From: Candidatus Thalassarchaeaceae archaeon | Lineage (GTDB): Archaea > Thermoplasmatota > Poseidoniia > Poseidoniales > Thalassarchaeaceae | Assembly (NCBI GenBank): GCA_045568075.1 | Contig: JBJLBP010000001.1 | Coordinates: forward strand, 810,001-842,000 | DNA length: 32,000 nt | Reading direction: 5' to 3' | In this document: positions 1 through 9,000 of the stretch, in pieces | How the letters are laid out: each line of letters starts with the position of its first letter | Numbering within the stretch: position 1 is the first letter of the stretch | Translations under genes and position numbers: made by a program | The notes under the pieces: generated by a model | The model's database searches: none | Told to the model about the DNA's origin: nothing | Seen by the model: the letters and a program-made list of their open reading frames with translations, nothing else

Positions 1-566
1 GTGGTAAGTGGGTGCCCGATAAGCTTGGGTTGGAGAATCATAAGATTGACGGAGGACGGGTGCACACTGACGGAAATCGTATGTTGGGCGATGGAAAATC
101 TTGGGAGGGTCTTTTTGGTGGAGCATTTTTTTCTGGAATTTTAGTTGTAATCGCACATTGGCTGTGGGCAGGGAATACCGGCCCCTCAGATCGCCCTTTT
201 ATCGATCCAATTTTGACTGCAGATTCAACTGATTGGTTCTGGATTGGTGGAGAATGGAGTGCCGCATTTATTCTTGGCTTCACTCTAGGATTTGCTTGCA
301 TGTTAGGTGATATGGCCGGGTCATTTGTCAAGCGCAGACAGGGCTTGAAGCGAGAGGGAGAGGTAAGCTCGAAGGCACCTTTGCTGGATACACTGCCATT
401 TGCAATTTTCATCTTCCTAGCTGCAGCTATTTTGTTCAACGACCAAGTCATAATGCACTCGCATCTAGCGCCTTCAATAATTACGATAATTATTCTAACT
501 CCAATAATCCATCGCTCATTCAATATCCTGGGTTATCGCTTGGGGCTGAAATCAGTTCCATACTGA
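1..566 (+). CDS. carS: CDP-archaeol synthase (CarS/DUF46 family), 5' end outside the window
   Basis: The frame is open from nt 3 to the TGA at 564-566, so the listed GTG-12 start is probably internal. The translation has the CarS core in order: 'DGNRMLGDGKSWEG', 'MLGDMAGSFVKRRQGLKREG', 'APLLDTLPF' and C-terminal 'LGYRLGLKSVPY', plus hydrophobic helices. This parallels Archaeoglobus CarS as I recall it (DGKRILGDGKTWRG / GDLCGSFIKRR / YRLNLKEVPW). Roughly 30-40 N-terminal residues are missing. Confidence 0.8.
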   Translation, partial: GKWVPDKLGLENHKIDGGRVHTDGNRMLGDGKSWEGLFGGAFFSGILVVIAHWLWAGNTGPSDRPFIDPILTADSTDWFWIGGEWSAAFILGFTLGFACMLGDMAGSFVKRRQGLKREGEVSSKAPLLDTLPFAIFIFLAAAILFNDQVIMHSHLAPSIITIIILTPIIHRSFNILGYRLGLKSVPY

Positions 567-646
567 GATTTGGTTCAGAATTGACTTCTGTAAGTCAGAT
601 ATCTCAGCGGAATGCATTATCTCCTTCGCGCACGGGCTGTAATGAT

Positions 647-1915
647 ATGGCCGGAATGACTGTGCTCATCGTTGGCGGCGGCGGCCGCGAGCACGCGTTG
701 GCGATTGGGCTGGCTGAGAGTGAGTCAGTCGGCGCAGTCCATACTTGTCCAGGGAATGCTGGAACATCCCTTGTTGGGACCAACCACCCGGTTTCAGCGA
801 CCGATGTTGAAGGCGTGGTTTCGCTCGCCGGCGAACTGGCCGCGGACCTTGTTGTGGTCGGACCTGAGGCGCCTCTCGTAGCCGGCCTGTCCGACTCTCT
901 CCGTGCGGTTGGAATTGCCAGTTTCGGTCCTCATTCAGAGGGTGCGGAGTTAGAGGGTTCGAAATTGCACGCCAAGAAAGTCATGGAGGATTTGGGAATC
1001 CCAACAGGTGGCGTGCAAATTCTTGATTCTGATTCTGATATCTCTGCCGCAATGGCTCGCTATTCTCCACCATGGGTCATCAAACGCGATGTTCTTGCGG
1101 CTGGTAAAGGCGTCGTCGTCACCGAGGACGCCGATGAGGCCGCCGCATTCATCTCAGATTCAATCGCTAGCGATGGATTCGTCTTGTTGGAAGAATTCCT
1201 TGCTGGAGAGGAGGCTTCTATGCTAGTTCTGATGGACGAATCAGGTTACATCTGCCTCCCGGCGAGTCAAGATCACAAGCGGGTCGGCGAGGGAGATTCG
1301 GGTCCTAATACAGGAGGGATGGGCGCATATGCACCAGCTCCCGTCGTCACAGGAGCGGTTCGACAACGCGCCATCGATGAAATCATCGAACCGATGCACC
1401 ACTATCTTCGAAATCAATCAACACCCTATCGTGGTGTACTCTATGTCGGCTTGATGGTCGATGAGAATGGTGCGCCGAGCGTCGTGGAATACAATGTTCG
1501 CTTCGGCGATCCGGAAACTCAAGTAACGATCCCACTAATCGAAAACGACCTCGGTATGATGCTTCTGGCAGCCGCCGAAGGTAGGATCATCGGGATCGAA
1601 CCGAAGTTCGCTAACAAGTCCGCAGTCACCGTTGTAGTGGCATCTGAAGGATATCCTGGACCCTCTAATACGGGTAGGTCAATCAGCGGTGCTAACACTA
1701 GAATAGACGAGGGAGAAATCAGCGCATTTGTACATCTGGCAGGGGCTAATTTCGATCAGAACGGGAATCTTGTTTCAAGTGGAGGAAGAGTACTTTCAGC
1801 GACCGCTTTAGCCAATGATCTTTCGACATCTGTGGCGGCTGCCTACGCGGTCATAGATGAGATTCAACTCGAGGGTTCACACCATCGTCGTGACATCGCT
1901 TATCGGGCTCTCTGA
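647..1915 (+). CDS. purD: Phosphoribosylamine--glycine ligase (GAR synthetase)
   Basis: N-terminal signature 'VLIVGGGGREHALA'. ATP-grasp core 'VIKRDVLAAGKGVVV', 'EEFLAGEEAS', 'HKRVGEGDSGPNTGGMGAY', 'VEYNVRFGDPETQ'. C-domain 'SSGGRVLS'. The ORF opens at TTG 581, but ATG 647 (or 656) puts the Met just before the GGGGREHA loop, as in known PurD. Confidence 0.9.
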   Translation: MAGMTVLIVGGGGREHALAIGLAESESVGAVHTCPGNAGTSLVGTNHPVSATDVEGVVSLAGELAADLVVVGPEAPLVAGLSDSLRAVGIASFGPHSEGAELEGSKLHAKKVMEDLGIPTGGVQILDSDSDISAAMARYSPPWVIKRDVLAAGKGVVVTEDADEAAAFISDSIASDGFVLLEEFLAGEEASMLVLMDESGYICLPASQDHKRVGEGDSGPNTGGMGAYAPAPVVTGAVRQRAIDEIIEPMHHYLRNQSTPYRGVLYVGLMVDENGAPSVVEYNVRFGDPETQVTIPLIENDLGMMLLAAAEGRIIGIEPKFANKSAVTVVVASEGYPGPSNTGRSISGANTRIDEGEISAFVHLAGANFDQNGNLVSSGGRVLSATALANDLSTSVAAAYAVIDEIQLEGSHHRRDIAYRAL

Positions 1916-1927
1916 CTCCTCTAATCT

Positions 1928-1933
1928 TGATAC
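1928..1933. promoter_or_regulatory. TGATAC hexamer, same half-site as the 12972-12983 palindrome
   Basis: 'cttGATACtag'. It lies 6 nt upstream of the 1940-1954 hairpin, mirroring the arrangement upstream of the 13058 gene. A single 6-mer could be chance. Confidence 0.15.
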
Positions 1934-1939
1934 TAGTGC

Positions 1940-1954
1940 CGCTACTACGTAGCG
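1940..1954. other. Intergenic mini-hairpin CGCTAC-TAC-GTAGCG (6-bp stem, 3-nt loop)
   Basis: Perfect inverted repeat read directly. It starts 25 nt after the purD stop and ends 17 nt before a TTATAA box. It could be a purD terminator or an operator for the giant gene. Confidence 0.3.
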
Positions 1955-1970
1955 TGGCTTCCGAGAACGG

Positions 1971-1976
1971 TTATAA
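1971..1976 (+). promoter_or_regulatory. TATA-like box (TTATAA) upstream of the giant aglB-fusion gene
   Basis: This is the only AT-rich hexamer in the 121-bp purD-aglB spacer. It sits ~61 nt upstream of ATG 2037, which is compatible with a TSS near 2000 and a short leader carrying the SD at 2025-2030. Confidence 0.25.
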
Positions 1977-2024
1977 CAGAACTTTTGGTCGCCGCGACGC
2001 TGAGCCTTCAGGCTGCATTTAGAC

Positions 2025-2030
2025 GGTGAT
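2025..2030 (+). promoter_or_regulatory. Shine-Dalgarno-like GGTGAT
   Basis: 'gacGGTGATgaaacaATG'. GGTGAT is complementary to the conserved archaeal 16S 3' end (..GAUCACCUCC). It lies 6 nt before ATG 2037. Confidence 0.45.
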
Positions 2031-2036
2031 GAAACA

Positions 2037-3086
2037 ATGTCTTACGAAAACGGGAATGCGAGGGACGTCGGACAGACCTTAGGTCTGGCTTCGACCCCAG
2101 TGGTACTTGCAGGATTACTCCTGCTCTTCATGACTGCCACATCCCTTGCTGACGAAGCGATGATTGACCAAGGAAAGTTAGTCATCCTTCCCGTAGCAGC
2201 CGCATTAGCGGCTGTTCTGGGAAGGATTTGGGTATCTGCTCTGCCAGATGATTCCTTCGCAAGCCGCACTCCAGTTGTCGCATTGCTCTTCGCAGTGGTG
2301 CCCATCATCGTTGAGTCTCTGGGCTTTATCGATTCAATCGTAGCTACAACATTCGCTTTCATGGCGATTGCTACGCTATTTTTGGTCAAGTCTAACCGAA
2401 GCGAGGAGGCAACAGTCCTCTTCTCGATGGTTGCTGGATTCCACATGGCTGTGGCTTATGCAGCTGCGATGCCGGAATTGGTTATCGCAGAGGGTGCTTC
2501 ACTACAGTCTCAATTGATCGATGTTCAGCGAGCTGGCCTCGCTGCCAACTTCTTCGCGTTCTGGGCCGCTTCGATGGTCCTCGGGACGTTCCTGGCAATC
2601 GCCTTCCGCGGCTCACTCATGACTCCTGGGTCGGGAGCTTTGTTCGCTAGATTGCCTTCGAAGATCGATGTTTCAGAACACCGAGACTTGGTCGTTACAG
2701 GAGTTGTTATTCTTCTTGTGAACTTGATTCCATTGCTATGGTTGGCAGGAATATCCGACGCGGCGATTTTCGAATCCCACCTTTATCTTGGAAGTGTCTG
2801 GGCAATGGCGACCTCGGTCATCATCATGTTCGTCGCCTTCTGCCGCGCTGAGCGCTGGCATGTGCTGGGTGCTATTGTCGCAGTCAATTGGATAATCTAC
2901 AGCTTTGCTCACTTGGTTGAGATCGGCAATGAGTTGCCTGAAGGAATCGACTTCCTATCTGGTAGTGATTTCATCGGAGCATTTTCATGGTTATTCATCA
3001 CATTCTGGTTGAATGTGCTGGCATTGATGCTGGCGGCTCGTGGTTACTTCGGTGATATCGCGCCTCGCCGCGAAGCGAGTAATTTC
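2037..3086 (+). other. N-terminal accessory membrane module (~350 aa, about 10 hydrophobic helices by eye), no recognised family
   Basis: Hydrophobic stretches include 'PVVLAGLLLLFMTATSLA', 'LVILPVAAALAAVLGRIWV', 'VVALLFAVVPIIVESLGFI', 'FFAFWAASMVLGTFLAIAF', 'VVTGVVILLVNLIPLLWLAGI', 'VWAMATSVIIMFVAFC', 'LGAIVAVNWIIYSFAHLV' and 'AFSWLFITFWLNVLALMLAA'. All precede the helix equivalent to AglB TM1. Confidence 0.55.
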
Positions 3087-6000
3087 CGCCTCTGGTGGCA
3101 GGAAAATTCCTACTCGATTCTTGTCGGTTCGGCAGTTGTGTTCGGATTTATGATTCGAACCGGATGGAATGTTCTACCAGCGATGAATGCGAATGTCACT
3201 GGACTTTGGGACATGACTGGAGGTTCCGACCCTTGGTACATGAAGCGAGTTGTCGATTACATCGTCGCTGAGCGAGCCCACTTCATCTTCGATGCAGATA
3301 GGGCCTACCCAGCTGGTGGAATCAATCCTCGACCTCCGCTTTTCTCGTGGTGTCTAGCCCTCGGTGGCTTGGCTCTGGAATGGCTCACTGGAATTCCTGC
3401 TGATGAGGTAATATGGTGGTCAGTCGCTGGATTCCCTGCTATCTTCGGAGCACTAATCGTTCTGCCAGTCGCTGGTATTGCAGCACGTCTGCACAGCACT
3501 CAGGCAGGCGTTATCGCCGCTTGGCTCATGGCTTTGATGCCAGGTCACATCAGCCACTCGACCTTTGGTCTGGCTGACCACGACTCGTTTGCGTTGCTAT
3601 TCCTAACGATGGCATTCTACTTCTGGGTACGAGCGGTTCACGATATTGGTAGTGAGCGCATGTTCCGCAATCCAGGCCCAAATCCACTCTATCTCATCGC
3701 AGGAATGCGCGAGATGTGGAAGAGGAGCCCGGTTGTCATGTCCTACGCGACCTTGGCGGGAATCAGCTTCTCGACGGTCGCACTCGGTTGGAAGGGATTC
3801 GTCTACGGACCTGGAATTCTCTTCCTTGCTTTCGCAGCTCAAATCATTGTCAACATGTTCCGTCGCCGTGACAGCTTACCCCTGACTTCGGCGACACTAC
3901 AGATGATGTTCACTACATTCTTGATTCCACTGCCGTTTTACATCTGGCCAGGTCTCAACCTGCTTTGGGCACCTAGTGGATTCCAGCCGATGTTCTACAT
4001 TGTTGGATTCACTTTTGCTCTCGGTTGGGTTGCTTCGAGCTTCCGCGACAAGCCTTGGCTGCTTGTTCTTGGAAGCGGTGGCGTGTTGTTCGGAGGAATC
4101 CTTGCGATACTTTGGATACTCCAATCGGCCGAGATTTACGATGGATGGGACATCCTATTCACTGGTGGATTCTACTTCTCGAAGAACAAGATCTTCGGAA
4201 CGATTGGTGAGGCTCAGGCCCCGAGTCGTGGCGTTCTCTTCGCCTCGTATGGGCCGATTGTCACGCTCATCGCCCTTGGATACGCGTTCATTCTGCTATG
4301 GCGTGGTGCACGCGATGAGAAGCAAGGTCAGTCCCTAGCTGGAATTTGGGTGCTCATTGCAGCATACATGGCTTGGACTGCTGGGCGTTTCATCTTCAAC
4401 GCGACACCGCCGATGGCTGTTGTCGGTGCTATCGGAATCGCCGCTCTTTGGAAGATGGCTGATTTCCAGACCTTCACCAAGGAATGGCGTCGTTCGGGAA
4501 TCGGTACTCCTCGTGCACGTTTCCGTGCAATTCGCCCGGCGAGTGCTAAGCGACCTCTAATTCCAGTTCTCATGCTAGTCTTCATGTTAGTCGCCTCTCA
4601 GCACGTCACTTACGGTGTTGATTCTGGTATTCCTCGCGGAGAGACAGCGGCCGGAGATATCGACCAAACAATCTACGACATTACACCAGATATTCTCAGG
4701 TTTGATGTCGCTGGACTTTCAGTCCTTGATAGTAGCACATACACTCCTTCGACGACCTGCAGTAATGGCTGCTGGTACATGGGAACCTTTGGTCCCGGAT
4801 TCAATGGTGGAGGATGGAATATGGCCTACGAATGGCTAGCAGAACAAGATGCTGACGAGCCATTCGGTCATCGACCAGCCTTCGTTTCATGGTGGGACTA
4901 CGGATTCCAAGCCCTCGACTCAGGAGAGCATCCAACGGTCGCTGACAACTTCCAATCAGGTATTCCTAACAGCGGAGCTATGCTGCTTTCGTCTGGTCAG
5001 GACGATACTTTGGCTATGTTCATCGCGACACTGGCTCAGGGTGACCGCAGGTATTCTTCTGACAGTGAGTTTACTGAAGAATTCTCGAATGTGCTCAACG
5101 ACCACTTCACTGAGGATCAGGTCTCTGAATTCTACCAGATAATGTCCTTCGGTCCAGGAGACAAGTCATTCGTAGAGGACCGATCACTAGCTCTCTACGC
5201 CTCCGATGTGCAGGAGGAGTACCTCGACAGTATGCTCTTCTCTCACACCACTGAACTGCTGTACGGTTCCACCCTTGGAGAGGATGGACTTCCGCTTGAG
5301 CAGATGTGGTATGTCATGTATGATGGCGAGCAGGTTGGCAATGGTACAAATGACCCATCCGTAGCTAGCACTTTGTTCGATGATACGCGAGGAGTTCTCA
5401 GTGGACAACCCCCTACCAGCATCGAAGATGCGATTGTCAGTCATTACGAAATCGGTGAATATCGATATACTGCGGACTTGATCGAAGACTTCGATGACGT
5501 CTCGACTAACCTCCACAGAGTCAATGCAAAGCTCGGTCTCGCCCGAGCATTCCTCACCTCTGCTCTCTCAACTGAACAGTTGGTAGATCTCTATCACGAT
5601 ATCAGTACATCGATGGAGTACGAGGTTCAGGATTACGAGGGAAGCCTCGGTCAGACCATAATGCGAAACAACGAGATTCGATACTTTGCAATCGATGACA
5701 GGTTGTATCCTCTCGGTGGTGCATATTACGCAGATCAGAGTTATCACCGTGGCCAAACTACAGGGATTTTCTACGCGCCTACAACACTCTCTGGATTGGA
5801 CCCTAATCATTACATCGAGTCGATTTACGAGACTCAACAAAAAGGTCAAACAAAATACATGAGTGCTGAACAGTATGAACTCGAATACATGAACGATGTC
5901 GTCAAACAGCAATCTGGAGCAATGGACGATCCAGCTGATATGATTCAACTAATCGACATCAAGTATCAGCAGACAGAGTCTTTCTTTGAGACAATGGTAG

Positions 6001-9000
6001 CACGAATCTACGTTGGATATGGCACAACAAGTCTTGGTCTTGATGTAGATCCAGCACAACCAGGCCCCACTTGGGCGATTAGTGGAACTCCGAATTCACC
6101 TCTTGAGAATGCCTTCCCGCTACCAGGGGCTATGATGAACCACTTCGTAGTCGCCAATTGGTACAACGACGGAACGGCATCTCCTGATGAGAATAACAAC
6201 AGTGTCCCAGACATCTTCGATGGTGGATATGCGGCAATCGGTCGCGCTAACACCAATGTGAAGGTCGTCAAATACTACAGCGGTGCGACCATAGAAGGTA
6301 CCGTCGAACTCGACGGTGTAGGCCCAGTTCCGAACGCTCGAATCCTAATTGAGCGTGACGCGTTCAGTGGCGAGGAAGTCGCGGATGAGAACGGAACGAT
6401 CATCGATCGTGATCAGCGAACTTACTGGATTCCGATTGGAACTGTCGATGCTGATGAGAATGGAGACTACTCTTTCATAGTGCCCGCGGGAAGAATCCGC
6501 GTCAGTGCTTTCTTCGGAGAGCCAGACCTAGATACTGCTCGCCAATTGTTGCTCTCCGGTTCTGGTGGAATGTTACAGGATGTTGCTACTGAATCTACGG
6601 TAGGTCAGCGTAATGTCAACCCCATTACTGGAATTCTTGGAAATGTCTCAGGTTCACAATGGCTCGCCGAGACCATTGTCAATGTGTCTGGTGAAGATGG
6701 ACACTCCAATGGAGAAGCTCACCTTACAGCAGACCTCTCAGTCGAGGCATCATTCTCCACCGGACGTCTTATCTGGACTGGAGATGAATTATTCGATGCT
6801 GAGGCGATTACTGACGCAGTAGTCGAGTTGAGTCCATCTTGGGATGCAATTCAGATGCAGCCGATTTCCCTCGAAACATCGACAGGTTCGGTCAGTGGAA
6901 CCGACTTGGCCTTCCAAGGAATTGGTGAGGTCACATTCACTGGCGAGGGACAGGTTACGAGCACCGGTATGCTGACTGTCAGTGATTTCGTCGGAACGCA
7001 TACTCAGACTATCCTAAATGGCCACAGTCTCGCAGGTTCCGGTGAATTCACCGGCCGCGGAACAATCTCAGGTATCATTGATGGCTCTGACGTCGTCGAT
7101 GGAGAATGTAACGAGAATGGCACTATGCCTGAGAACTTCTCAGTGTGCAGTCTAGCCGATGGAGATTTCCTCCTCGATGGTGCTGTCAACGCGACTGGTC
7201 GATTCACATCGAATGGAACCGCATCCTTCTCTCAGATTCACAACGGTTCCTCGTTGTCCGGATCAGGTATTTTCATAATTGATGCATCAAATCCAGACCT
7301 TGAGTCCTACGGGACTCTGAACGGCACTGGAACTTACACTGGAGATGGTGAGTTTAGTGGACCAATGGTTCAGGCAGGAACCTTCCATCTGACTAACGCT
7401 ATTCCTGGAGATTACGATGTTACAGTAGTCTTCTCAGATGGAACCCGCGTCGAGATTGATGATGGATTCAATGTCCCATTCAAGGGCGTTGCATCTCTGC
7501 ATCCAATCGATGTTTACGGCGGTTTGATTAGTGGCAAATTACTCGATTCAAACGAGAACCCACTAACTGGAGAAGTACAACTGAGTTTCCTGGATGAAGA
7601 GAACTCCACTTCGCAGGGAGAGTGCAGCGAAGTCATGTATGCACCGTGTCATATCACACCCGATGAGAATGGGTCGTTCACCTTTGGACCGGTTGTCCCT
7701 GGTAGTTATCTGGCTGAACTCGATATGGATGGCGACGGCTTCAACGAAGCACAGATCATCCATATCTTCGAAGCCGAATCCGATTCAGTGATGGAATTCC
7801 CAACACCGATTCCAACTACCTACGATCTTACTTTCACGCTCTCTCGTACTGTAAACGGTACAGAAACCGGCGTCAGTGACCTGAATCTCACCTTGCTCAG
7901 CACGGATACCTCGATCGCACCGGTCGATGCAGTATACGATGCAGAGAAGGGTGAATACATGGTTGAATTGAGACAAGGCGAGTGGATTCTAAGTCACACC
8001 TTTTCGGAATCTGAGCAATTGTGGGAACAGATCGAAGTAGATGCGGATATCAATACATCTTTCGTCTTCAGAGAATCAATGACCGTCTATGGTGTCGTGT
8101 ATTATGATACGAAGTCTCAGGGGTCAGGAGCCATCGGCGAGCCCGAACTCGACGAGGATGGCAACCCAGTGCTCGACGCTGAGGGCAACATAACCATCTT
8201 TACGCCCGAGGCTGTACAGTTCGGTGTAGTAGTCTTCCATTGGGAAGGATTCTCGACGACAGCTAATACTGATGGAGATGGAGTATTTTCAGTTGTTCTG
8301 CCAATTGGAGCAGAAGTCGATGCAACAGTCAGTGCAGGCGTGATGAACGTCGTCAACGGAACTCGCTTCGTAGTGACCGAGGACATGGAAGATGTCACTA
8401 TGATTGCACGTCCGGGCAGTGAGGTAAGTGGTGCTCTCAACATCAACAGATTGGGTAATTACTACAATTCGAACCTTGGAGGCTGGGAGCCAGTCACCGT
8501 CTATGCTACTCACGAGAGTATCGATGCGGTTTGGCACCTCGATGTTACCGAGATGGGAACCTTCGCAACAGTCCTCCCACAGGGTAATTGGACATTCACG
8601 ACCGACCTCACTTGGTTGAACGCGAATGAGACAGTTCTGGATGTCGATGGTAAGAATGACACCGTCAACATGTACCTCAGCCCTGATTCATCATTCGTAG
8701 AAATCGACTTCTTCCTTGATCATAACAACGACAATGATCCAGCGAATGGCACACCGGTAGAATACAGATTCTCGATTGTTCCAGTCGATAACTTCGCAGG
8801 AATGAGCGTCGATGTGGAAGCCGATGGCTCTGAGTGGACCTCAGCCGGCCATGCAGTGGTTCCGGTCGAGGCTGGCTCCTACCGCATCGATGTCGAAATC
8901 TCTGACGCGCGCGCAGGAGACTTGTTCGGTACGCGTATCATGACAGGGGACAGTTACTTCGAAGTCGGATTTGGCGGAGAAGTCGTGACTAGAAGCATCG

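Noticed and set aside
38-523. 161-aa minus-strand ORF opposite carS
   Set aside because: The plus strand encodes clear CarS motifs. The antisense product has no recognisable features.
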